This document shows positions 11,436 to 19,736 of a stretch of 51,853 nucleotides of DNA, in pieces (position 1 is the first letter of the stretch; each line of letters opens with the position of its first letter). The stretch comes from a bacterium (lineage in GTDB: Bacteria > Hinthialibacterota > Hinthialibacteria > Hinthialibacterales > Hinthialibacteraceae): NCBI GenBank assembly GCA_963663405.2, contig CAXXSM010000129.1, positions 1 to 51,853 of the forward strand. Reading direction: 5' to 3'. Both the position numbers and the translations under genes were made by a program. The notes beneath the pieces are model-generated. The model ran no database searches, had not been told where the DNA came from, and saw only the letters and a program-made list of their open reading frames with translations.

Positions 11436-12032
11436 ATGAAAATTATTGGTGTTAATTGTAGTCCGAGAAAAGGGAAAAGTACGTACCACGCTCTCACCAT
11501 TTGTCTGGAGAGTGTGCGGGAAAGCTATCCCGAAATGGAAACAGAGATTCTTGAATTAGGAGAATTGAATATTCGGGGTTGTAATGGTTGTGGAACATGT
11601 AAAGATGAATTAACGTGTGACATCAAGGATGATTTTATACCACTCATTCCAAAACTTGCCGAGCAAGACATTGTTGGTATAGTCATCGGTACACCAGTCT
11701 ATCTCGGGACAATGACATCTCAATGCAAGGCATTTTTAGATCGAAGTTGTTCTTTTCGCCGGAATGGATTTCTTTTCCGCAACCGTGTAGGTGGTGTCTT
11801 GGCGGTTGGCGGTGTACGGAATGGAGGGCAAGAACTCACGATTCAAGCCGTCCAAGCCTCCATGCTCGGCCATGATATGATCATTGTAGGCGATGGTAAC
11901 GAAACGGCTCATTTTGGTGGAACATTGTGGAATGCGAAAGATCAAGGATTAGAGCCGGATCAGTTCGGCCGGAAATTGGCGAGAAACGTGGGGCTTAGAG
12001 TCGCCGAAGTGGCTTATAAAATTTGGAAATAA
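11436..12032 (+). CDS. Flavodoxin-family iron-sulfur flavoprotein (Isf/WrbA-like)
   Basis: ATG at 11436 after SD AAGGGAG; 'GVNCSPRKGKST', CxxCxxC-x4-C 'CNGCGTCKDELTC', 'GTPVY', 'GGVRNGGQE'. Confidence 0.88.
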   Translation: MKIIGVNCSPRKGKSTYHALTICLESVRESYPEMETEILELGELNIRGCNGCGTCKDELTCDIKDDFIPLIPKLAEQDIVGIVIGTPVYLGTMTSQCKAFLDRSCSFRRNGFLFRNRVGGVLAVGGVRNGGQELTIQAVQASMLGHDMIIVGDGNETAHFGGTLWNAKDQGLEPDQFGRKLARNVGLRVAEVAYKIWK

Positions 12033-12264
12033 TCATTCGATTTCCGTTTTTCCCCCAATTTGACGAGTGTCAATACATCCTATCCGAAACAACTGTATCC
12101 AGGCCTAATCGGACCACTGTTATACAGTTGACAATATTGATGTCTCTTTTCAATTCATACTTGTATAAGAGACCACTGTGGAAATAATACAAGCAGTTAT
12201 TCCATTGCTCCTGAAGGCGCTAATATTGTATGCACGTTGGGCGGATAGGGATCGTATCCGGCAA

Positions 12265-12423
12265 TTACAAAATCCGGACGAGTTCCTCGCTAATGCATTC
12301 TGGTGAGCAATCAAATTCTTGGACGAATGAGGCGACGGCACAGATGTATTCTTGTTGTGCGCCTTCGCTCAGTCCTGCTAAAGTCATGTCTTTGATCATT
12401 CGTTTTCGTAATGAATTCATCAT
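12265..12423 (-). pseudogene. Truncated tyrosine recombinase, N-terminal SAM-like domain only (type found beside IS91-like transposases)
   Basis: Not in the ORF track. AGGAGG SD, then MMNSLRKRMIKDMTLAGLSEGAQQEYICAVASFVQEFDCSPECISEELVRIL*, matching the pattern 'M..LR.RMIEDM.L.GLS..TQ..Y..AV..F......SP'. Hairpin AGGCAGT-N9-ACTGCCT at 12449-12471 lies upstream. Confidence 0.7.
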
Positions 12424-12657
12424 CTTCCTCCTAAATGTATTGGATTGTAGGCAGTCTTACGGTCACTGCCTTCTCAGAAGAAATACAGGACAACTTAGGA
12501 AATATTGCAAGGGGATTGTCCAACCCGATAATCCGGCATACGAAATTCTACGTCGGAGCCACTTCGTCCAATCTCTTTTATTCGATCAATATTCCGTGGA
12601 CCGATCCGAGCATGACACCTACACATAAAGATCGGGCGCTTAAAGAGAACAAGTCGA

Positions 12658-13821
12658 TCACATTCCCAGTAATCTGGGAACGTGGCGAAGTTTTGATCGA
12701 ATGTAATATTTTCCCCATAAGCGTTTCAACCAATGGCCAACGATAGGCAAAGGAATTAACCATTGGCGTCGATGATCCCGATAAACAAATACTCCTCCCT
12801 TCCCTGTATCCATCAGGCAAATGATAGATAAATCGTCAACATAGTTTTTCTTGCCGTTTCCTTTTTGAATATGGATGACGATATTGTGAGCGGCTGTTTT
12901 TGCCATAATTTCAGCTAGATGGCCTTGTTTCGCTTTCCAGTTCGGCCCCTGCAGCGCGGCGGAGTCTCCGGCCGCATAAACGCGAGGAAATCCTTGAACT
13001 TGACAATGATCATCTATTTGAATAAATCCAGCTGCCGACAAAGGAAGATCGGAGTCTTTTAACACTCGATGTCCACTCCGGGCTGAGATAAACACAATTA
13101 GGTCGGATTCCAGTTCGCTCCCGTCCTCGAAACAAACAGAGTTCTCCGAAAACGAATTGATTTTTTTTCCAAAGTGACAGGTTATACTCAGGCGGTCTAA
13201 CATGCGAAAAACTTCACCCGCCGCCTTTTCTCCCAAACGAATCCCGGGATTTGGCATAGGAGCAAAGAAATTCAATTCGAAACGATCACGCAGATTGCGC
13301 TTCTTTAAATGCTCATGAATATTGAATATCAATTCGAACGCAGGCCCACCGCGAACGGCGGATGGATCCTGTGGATTTCCTCCAAAACCTATGGCAATTC
13401 GTCCGGATCCTTGATTCATCAACTGATTGATTTCTTTCCCAAGAGAGAGACATTTCTCTGGTTCATCAGCGATGGAGCGCGTATGTTCAATACCAGGTAA
13501 CGGCAATTTTTCTCCCCCAAGAGTGACGACTAAATAGTCGTATGTTATTTCCGAATTGCTCAGTAACACTTTTGAATTGGCGGCGTCAATCCTCCTTACT
13601 TCGTCGACGATGAAATGAAATCCATGCCGCGCGGCGACGTCGCGCAAAGGTAGACACGTCTTCTCATATCTCCGAAGGTTCACAGGTATCCAGATCGAAA
13701 GAGGGTATATAAATAAAAATTCCCGGTTCGAGATCAAAGTAACGTTTTGATTCTTTTTACGCAATTGGATGGCGCTTTCAACTCCCGCAAAACCTCCTCC
13801 AAGGACGAGGATGTGTTTCAT
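12658..13821 (-). CDS. sqr: Sulfide:quinone oxidoreductase-family flavoprotein (type VI/SqrF-like)
   Basis: Start MKHILVLGGGFAG (Rossmann motif); 'YDYLVVTLG', 'GFGGNPQDPSAVRGGPAFE', 'YAAGDSA', 'KAKQGHLAE', 'IICLMDTG'; amphipathic C-terminus 'GHWLKRLWGKYY'. Confidence 0.8.
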   Translation of the reverse strand: MKHILVLGGGFAGVESAIQLRKKNQNVTLISNREFLFIYPLSIWIPVNLRRYEKTCLPLRDVAARHGFHFIVDEVRRIDAANSKVLLSNSEITYDYLVVTLGGEKLPLPGIEHTRSIADEPEKCLSLGKEINQLMNQGSGRIAIGFGGNPQDPSAVRGGPAFELIFNIHEHLKKRNLRDRFELNFFAPMPNPGIRLGEKAAGEVFRMLDRLSITCHFGKKINSFSENSVCFEDGSELESDLIVFISARSGHRVLKDSDLPLSAAGFIQIDDHCQVQGFPRVYAAGDSAALQGPNWKAKQGHLAEIMAKTAAHNIVIHIQKGNGKKNYVDDLSIICLMDTGKGGVFVYRDHRRQWLIPLPIVGHWLKRLWGKYYIRSKLRHVPRLLGM

Positions 13822-13825
13822 GATT

Positions 13826-16800
13826 TTATTGCCCTTTCTTAATAATCTTTCCAATGTTTTCATGAGTATTTCTAAGCGATGCCTGTAGTTGTTGATGGAT
13901 CTTGAATCGGGAACCGTAATCAATCGGATCACCATGATACCCCAATTTCTCAAAGGGGAAATCGATCCCCTGAGCCGCTTGGCGATGTAGATCCTCGTCA
14001 ACAGATCTCATTCTTTCTTGGCTCTCATTGGATCGAGAATGGTGACAGGAGACACAGGTGGAGGAGGAATCGTGGCATTGATAACAGGATAGAGTTTTTT
14101 CCTTCGGCGCGACCTGGTGGTTGATCTTCCAATACATGGATGTTTGCACAAATTCGTACTGGCCAGAATAGTCTAATCCAACGCTCTTCATTCCGTCTTT
14201 GGACGCGCGATCCCAATCGTAATGTTTCCAATAACCTTTCCAGAGATTGGGAACGATCAGGTATTTGTAAACCGTATCGCTAATCTGCGTCGCTTTGTGA
14301 ATTTTAAAAGGCGCGATCTTGGCGGTTGGATCCTCGATCTCTCCGAGAGGCCTATTCAAGATTGTGACCCCATTGTCCACAATTCGGCCGCCCAATACAT
14401 ATCGTTCGTTTTTATCGTTATCCCATGCGAAGGCGGGAGAAACGTCTTTCTCCCAAACAAACGATCCCTTCTTTTTCGCGAAACGAGGCTTTCCATACGC
14501 ATCGGTTTCTTCGGGATGATCCAAACCGGCCTGAGACCAATCCCACTCCATCTTAGTGGGATTTCCACGAGCGAATTGAGGGATATGGCAGGTCTGACAG
14601 GCTAACGCCTCGGAATGAACGTTTAAGTGGTGATTCAGCATATTCGATCCGGTGTGCGGGTTTGCTGTATGGCAATCCTCACAAGAAATCCGCCCCTCTC
14701 GCGCGGGAATCGCTTGACAGGCTCCAGCAATCAGATGGTCTTCCGTAACGTGACAGTCCTGACACAAAAATCCATATTTACCCATATGAACGTCTAGTTC
14801 GGGCGCCGGTTGGCTTAACGATGAATCCATATCACCATGCTTGACCCCATCACCGCCCCCTCCGTAGAAATGACAAGCGCCACAATTATCCCGCCTGGGA
14901 TGACCAACGTTCTTCGCCACAGCGATCAGATCGATCCCTTCGACAGGGTACCCAGCTCCAGGAGGCGCTTTTTTATAGGTTCCGGTTGTGTCGTGGCAAA
15001 CAAGGCAGTCAATATTTCTCGCATCGCTGAAATCAAATGAATCGTCTTTCCAACCGTAACCGATGTGACACATCGTACACCGTTCCAGGTTTGAACCGAC
15101 GTGAATACAGTAGTTATTCAAAACCTGCTTTTTTCCAAGATCGTTGTGATGTTCGTATCCGCGCGTGTCCGGAGAAAGACCTTCCCAATTCCAATGCGCG
15201 GAACGCAAGATCGATTGACCAACCGAAGAATGACACGAAAGACACTCCATCGTAATCTCCTGCGGCGCCGCGTCATCCGAAAGTTGAATGAAGGATTGGT
15301 GGCCGGGAATATTACGCCGGTGGCATGAGGTACATGTCTGCGGGCCGGAATTTCTCTCGGCGTGGCAGTCGATGCATCGTTGATGAAAGGCGCCTTTGAG
15401 CCCGGGACGCGTAATCGCGTCCGGTTGCGCTGGGGAAGAATGACAAGCGTGACATACAACCGGTTCGATGTGGGAAAGATCGTTGCGCGAGATGGGATTC
15501 CCAACGCGGTCGTTTTCTGTTGCGGACGCGCGATGATGACAGACCGTGCAGTCTCCACTTTCGAGGGAAGCGTGTTTTTTGTGCATGAATCGCACGGTTC
15601 CAAAACGATCGGTCTCCCATTTCTCCGAAGAGCGGTCAAGCAACAATAGCGAGGGCATGGAATCCATTTTGTACGCCTGATCAGAAAACGCAGAGAACGG
15701 GTGAGCGAAATGGATAGCCAGCAAAAATGTAAAAATTGCTATGCTTTTTACACACGAAGAAACGGCGCCCGTTCTCTGCAAGTTGGAATGATCAGTTATT
15801 TTTGAACCTTCTTTTGAAGGTTGAATCGCTGGAAGCACTGGAAACAAGGTAACAAACAGCCGATAAAAGAAAACGATGGCTGAAATCAATCCGGCTGTAA
15901 TGGCGATTTCACCGATTGAAGGGGAATACGATGTTTTCGCGTAAGGGGGATGGTAACCCACGAGAAATACGTTAATGCGATTGAGAACCACGCCGAATAT
16001 AACCAAGGATGACGCAATGAAAAGTCCAGTAGCCGATTTGTATATTTTGGGAATAGTAAAAAGAATCAAGGGAACGGCGGCGCCCATAACAATCTCAACG
16101 ATAAAGGAGACACTATCCATATCAAAACGCATGGATGACCATGCTTGACAAACAAACAGATCGCCCATTTTTAGAATGAAATAGACTCCTAACAAATAAG
16201 GAATAAAACGGGCGAGTGGACTCAGAACGTCCAATTCCGGTTTCTGGCGAAACGAATGGGACGCGATCAGGGATTCGAAGATCACCATGGGAAACCCCAC
16301 CATCACAGCCGATGCGAGAAACAGTAAAGGAAGAATTGGGGTGAACCACAACGGATTGAGTTTTGACGGCGCGATCAATAACAACGCGCCCAGGGATGAT
16401 TGATGCATGCACGATAACACAACGCCCGCCAAAATGAACGCCGGCATAACTTTTTCCAGTTTTTGATGGAGAATACCGGCAGGCTTTTTCATCGATTCCA
16501 CGAACGGCGCCCAAATGCTTCCACGATCGACATGCTGGCGTACGCCTTCCAAGACAGCCGGTAAAAACTCGATAGAAAGAACGGTTAAATAGGTCATCAC
16601 ACAAATTCCGACTTCAAACAACACCGAGTCGCCTTGCCAGAAAATCATGGGATGCCAAATACTGTAATACCGGCCCAGATCAGCCAGCAAACCGATCGAC
16701 ACAAAGAGGTAGCCTAAAAAAGCCGTTAAAAGAGCAGGACGGACCACCCGATGAAAATGTCTGCGGTTAAAAACATATACCAACGCGGCCGTTGTGAAGC

Positions 16801-17011
16801 CGCCCGCCGCCAACGCGACGCCGGAGGCCACATCAATCGCGATCCAAATTCCCCAGGGATGTTGGTTGTCCAAGTTGGTGATTGCTCCCAGCCCAAAAAC
16901 GAACCGTGCGGCGGCGAAACATGCGCCGATGACCATGAACGCGATTAAAACGAATACACCGGCGGTGAAGAACGGACGATTCAAAGGCGCATGCAAAGAT
17001 GTATCGTTCAT
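13826..17011 (-). CDS. Fusion protein: NrfD/HybB(HmcC)-type quinol-interacting membrane domain + tetraheme cytochrome c3-like domain + octaheme tetrathionate reductase (OTR)-family domain; 13 CxxCH
   Basis: Approx. aa 1-395: 'PWGIWIAIDVASGVALAAGGF', 'DLGR', 'SVLFEVGIC', 'LSCMHQSSLGAL'. c3-like: 'VRFMHKKH...CTVCHH', CHACH, 'GLKGAFHQRCIDCH', CTSCH. OTR-like: CLSCH, 'HWNW', 'GKKQVLNNYC', CTMCHIGYGW, CLVCHD, CGACHFYGGGGDGVKHGD, CQDCH, CEDCH, CQTCHIP, 'WDWSQAG', CYQCH, plus one extra CVSCH. Confidence 0.88.
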   Translation of the reverse strand: MNDTSLHAPLNRPFFTAGVFVLIAFMVIGACFAAARFVFGLGAITNLDNQHPWGIWIAIDVASGVALAAGGFTTAALVYVFNRRHFHRVVRPALLTAFLGYLFVSIGLLADLGRYYSIWHPMIFWQGDSVLFEVGICVMTYLTVLSIEFLPAVLEGVRQHVDRGSIWAPFVESMKKPAGILHQKLEKVMPAFILAGVVLSCMHQSSLGALLLIAPSKLNPLWFTPILPLLFLASAVMVGFPMVIFESLIASHSFRQKPELDVLSPLARFIPYLLGVYFILKMGDLFVCQAWSSMRFDMDSVSFIVEIVMGAAVPLILFTIPKIYKSATGLFIASSLVIFGVVLNRINVFLVGYHPPYAKTSYSPSIGEIAITAGLISAIVFFYRLFVTLFPVLPAIQPSKEGSKITDHSNLQRTGAVSSCVKSIAIFTFLLAIHFAHPFSAFSDQAYKMDSMPSLLLLDRSSEKWETDRFGTVRFMHKKHASLESGDCTVCHHRASATENDRVGNPISRNDLSHIEPVVCHACHSSPAQPDAITRPGLKGAFHQRCIDCHAERNSGPQTCTSCHRRNIPGHQSFIQLSDDAAPQEITMECLSCHSSVGQSILRSAHWNWEGLSPDTRGYEHHNDLGKKQVLNNYCIHVGSNLERCTMCHIGYGWKDDSFDFSDARNIDCLVCHDTTGTYKKAPPGAGYPVEGIDLIAVAKNVGHPRRDNCGACHFYGGGGDGVKHGDMDSSLSQPAPELDVHMGKYGFLCQDCHVTEDHLIAGACQAIPAREGRISCEDCHTANPHTGSNMLNHHLNVHSEALACQTCHIPQFARGNPTKMEWDWSQAGLDHPEETDAYGKPRFAKKKGSFVWEKDVSPAFAWDNDKNERYVLGGRIVDNGVTILNRPLGEIEDPTAKIAPFKIHKATQISDTVYKYLIVPNLWKGYWKHYDWDRASKDGMKSVGLDYSGQYEFVQTSMYWKINHQVAPKEKTLSCYQCHDSSSTCVSCHHSRSNESQERMRSVDEDLHRQAAQGIDFPFEKLGYHGDPIDYGSRFKIHQQLQASLRNTHENIGKIIKKGQ

Positions 17012-17934
17012 TCCTGTCCCTCCGATTGGATCTTTTGATCTTCATTAACGGCGTCATTTTTTCTATTCGTAAACCACATGATTCCTCCCAATAATCCGTA
17101 GAGCGCCAAGGGAGGCAAACCGTATTTAAATACTCCATGCTGAATACTCTCGGTTAATTGTGGAGGGACTTTCTCATCAAGCGCGGGCATCCCCAGTTCT
17201 TCCACTGGCTGGCCGGTCAGATACAGCCACGACGTTCCGCCAACCTCCTTTTCTCCATAAATATGATCGTTGTAACGGGCAGGTTTTGCATGAATTTTCT
17301 TTCGGGCCAGTTCGATGAGTTCTTCACGTTTACCGAAAACAATCGCTTCTCTTGGACAGGCTTCCACGCATGCGGGGCGCCGCCCTTCTTTTACTCGTTC
17401 GAAACAGAAATTGCATTTTCGCACACGAGGAGCGATCGGATCGTTGTATTCGTAGGCGGGAATCTGAAAGGGACAGGCCACAAGACAATAACGGCACCCG
17501 ATGCATCGATCCGCATTGTAAGTCACAGGCCCTTCCGGGGTCTTTTGCAATGCGCCCACGATACATGCCGACACGCAAGCAGGTTCCAGGCAATGCATGC
17601 ATTGCGTCTTAATAAACGTCTCCTTGCGTTCTTTTTGTGACAAGGATGGTGGTCCGGGGTAACGATTAACGACAGTAAAATGGTTAGAATTCGGTCTTCG
17701 ATTGTTTTCAAATACTGACCGATCGGAAAACTCCGTTGGTTTGGGTGGAAGATCATTCGCCTGATTGCAAGCCTTCTCGCATTCCCGGCAGCCGACGCAG
17801 AGAGTGGTATCAACAAGACAACCGTATTCGTCATTATTACGAGGAAGGTAGTTTTCTTTGTTCTCGCCTGCTTTCGCTTTTCCGGAACCAAACAATAAGG
17901 TTCCTGCAACGCTGAAGACGTTTCGGCGTTTCAT
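17008..17934 (-). CDS. HybA/HmcB-like 4x[4Fe-4S] electron-transfer subunit with Tat-like signal and C-terminal membrane anchor
   Basis: 'MKRRNVF'; Cys motifs CVGCRECEKAC, CMHCLEPACVSAC, CIGCRYCLVAC, CNFC...PACVEAC; 'HIYGEKEVGGTSWLYL'; ATGA overlap with the next gene at 17008-17011. Confidence 0.9.
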   Translation of the reverse strand: MKRRNVFSVAGTLLFGSGKAKAGENKENYLPRNNDEYGCLVDTTLCVGCRECEKACNQANDLPPKPTEFSDRSVFENNRRPNSNHFTVVNRYPGPPSLSQKERKETFIKTQCMHCLEPACVSACIVGALQKTPEGPVTYNADRCIGCRYCLVACPFQIPAYEYNDPIAPRVRKCNFCFERVKEGRRPACVEACPREAIVFGKREELIELARKKIHAKPARYNDHIYGEKEVGGTSWLYLTGQPVEELGMPALDEKVPPQLTESIQHGVFKYGLPPLALYGLLGGIMWFTNRKNDAVNEDQKIQSEGQE

Positions 17935-17961
17935 ATTGTTTTCCTTTATTGAAACGTGATA

Positions 17962-18327
17962 TTAGACGGAAAGAGTTTTTCTCTTTTGGTTTTCTTGTAC
18001 TTCCAGGACGACGGTCTCCTTAGGCCTTAATTTAAGTGGATGAGGTTTGGCAAATTCTTCCAACAGTTTCTTAACCAACGTGGGCCGGATCAGGTAATAA
18101 CACCGCAACGGGCCGTTCGAGTGGTTGCCGATCAGACCGGCGTTCTTCAAGGCGTTCAAGTGTTGAGATAAATTGGGCTGAGAAATGTCGAACAATTCCT
18201 GCACGTCGCGCACGCATTTCGCGCCCTGAATCAATTCATTCAAAATCATGAGGCGGATAGGATGGCTCATGGAACGCAGGATAGAAGCCATCATTTTCCA
18301 ATCGGCATATTCGGAGGATGATTTCAT
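17962..18327 (-). CDS. ArsR/SmtB-family transcriptional repressor
   Basis: 'LRSMSHPIRLMILNEL...KCVRDV...ISQPNLSQHLNALKNAGLI...RCYYL'. Confidence 0.9.
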   Translation of the reverse strand: MKSSSEYADWKMMASILRSMSHPIRLMILNELIQGAKCVRDVQELFDISQPNLSQHLNALKNAGLIGNHSNGPLRCYYLIRPTLVKKLLEEFAKPHPLKLRPKETVVLEVQENQKRKTLSV

Positions 18328-18577
18328 GGATCACCTTTAGAATTAATACAATTAACAAACTATGGTGCGCGCTCTCAATCGCGCCTCCTAATTACCGGAT
18401 TACCCGGCGCAAAGACAACACTGGTAACGACCTTGCATCGGACATAATAAAGAGGAACAAAAACTCAGTCCCCTTATTTCTTCCGAGAACCATGGTTTAT
18501 GATACGCATGATTCCCAATCTCTGACAATTGGAAAATTTGGCGAATTCACTTTCTGCATCCTACAATCCACGCGGCG

Positions 18578-18763
18578 TTAATCGTTGCGTGTAAAAGCCA
18601 ATTCACCACAATTCCAACATCCCTGCTGAGACAGGTCTTTTTTAGGATCGACGCTGTCATCGCACAACCATCGGTCTCCTTTCTTATCCGTCACCACTTT
18701 CATCGGTCGAGCCGCTTTATGCGGTTTCAGCGAATGGAGTTTTTCCTTCGTCGGAGCAATCAT
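18578..18763 (-). CDS. Small Cys-containing hypothetical protein (WLCD...CWNC), likely first gene of the operon
   Basis: AAGGAGG SD upstream; protein-like 61 aa with CxxC; lies directly downstream of the promoter/operator. Confidence 0.75.
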   Translation of the reverse strand: MIAPTKEKLHSLKPHKAARPMKVVTDKKGDRWLCDDSVDPKKDLSQQGCWNCGELAFTRND

Positions 18764-18802
18764 TTTCAGCCTCCTTATGTTGTCGAAACATCAACTGTTA
18801 AT

Positions 18803-18845
18803 ATATTCTTAATATAAGAATATCTTTATATAATAAAATTGTCAA
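18803..18845 (-). promoter_or_regulatory. Sigma70-type promoter overlapped by a palindromic operator (likely ArsR site)
   Basis: Minus strand TTGACA (18845-18840), 17 nt, TATTCT (18822-18817). Perfect inverted repeat ATATTCTTA-ata-TAAGAATAT at 18803-18823. Confidence 0.7.
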
Positions 18846-19009
18846 TAGTGTTTTGGAAAAATTGTACTTTTCCATTTTTTTTTTGAAATCGAAGTGGACG
18901 CGTTAGGAAAGATAGATATAGAAATCACCCCAAATCGGAACACTGCTAGTTGCTTGGTGATATTGATGTCCCTTTTAATTCAGACTCACAAATGGAACCT
19001 CTTAGTATT

Positions 19010-19669
19010 TTTTGCTGGAGGAATCCGCATCGGTCATCCGACACTTTTCGATGAAACTAAGGACGGTCTCGCATACACGAATGCGGAAAACAACGGAATC
19101 GACATTCGCCACAATCATATCAAGCAAAAGGCAGCCTTAGTGAAGCTGGTGGTGGCATTGGGATTCACACCGGCAGTGACAATTACTCAGTGACCGGCAA
19201 TTACATCATTAGGAACTTCATGGCCGGTTGAGGAGGCGGTATCGGCCATTTGGGGCTTAGTGACGAAGGATTGATCGCTCGTAATACAATCAATTATAAC
19301 AAATCGTTTAGCCAGGGCGTCACTGTTTCCGGCGGTGGAATTCTGATCGCTGGTGGAGTTTCTATCGACTTGCAAACACTGAGTGGTGGTTCAGGTTTAG
19401 TTAGAATCGAGCAAAACCTGATTCAAAATAACTTGGCCGACTCAGGAGACGGTGGCAGTACTCGCCTTGAACGTGTGAACGGTCTGGATGTGAATAAGCA
19501 AAAGGACAACACAGGCAAGTGGAATAAAGTTTCCATTATCGATAATATGATTGTGAACAATGTCACCGCTCTGGCAGAAGGAGGTATCTCCCTGCAGGAC
19601 GCCGCGCTAGTTGATATTCTGCACAATACCATAGTACGTAATCCGCTGACTTTACTGCGCATAAATTAG
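19010..19669 (+). pseudogene. Internal fragment of a large parallel beta-helix secreted protein
   Basis: Pieces across frames: 'GGIRIGHP...NAENNGIDIRHNHI', 'GGGIGIHTGSDNYSVTGNYI', 'GGGIGHLGLSDEGLIARNTI...SGGGILIAG...IIDNMIVNNV..AEGGISLQDA'. No signal peptide; stop and frameshift present. Confidence 0.65.
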
Positions 19670-19686
19670 AAAATTAGAGATCCTCA

Positions 19687-19704
19687 ATGTGCGGAATGTA
19701 GGTT
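19687..19704 (+). repeat. Left copy of an 18-bp inverted repeat (IS-end-like)
   Basis: ATGTGCGGAATGTAGGTT is 17/18 identical to the reverse complement of 23066-23083. Confidence 0.65.
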
Positions 19705-19736
19705 AGAAGAAATTGTTTTAATTTGACCCTACATCC

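Noticed and set aside
12090-12130. Inverted repeat CAACTGTAT/ATACAGTTG as a terminator or LexA box
   Set aside because: Long loop, no U-tract, and the spacing does not fit CTGT-N8-ACAG.
13822-14001. 60-aa N-terminal extension of the SQR ORF
   Set aside because: Overlaps the fusion gene's 3' end; the Rossmann motif begins right after the ATG at 13821.
13826-17934. Calling these hydrogenase-2 hybA/hybB
   Set aside because: No NiFe hydrogenase large or small subunit nearby; only the family relationship is supported.
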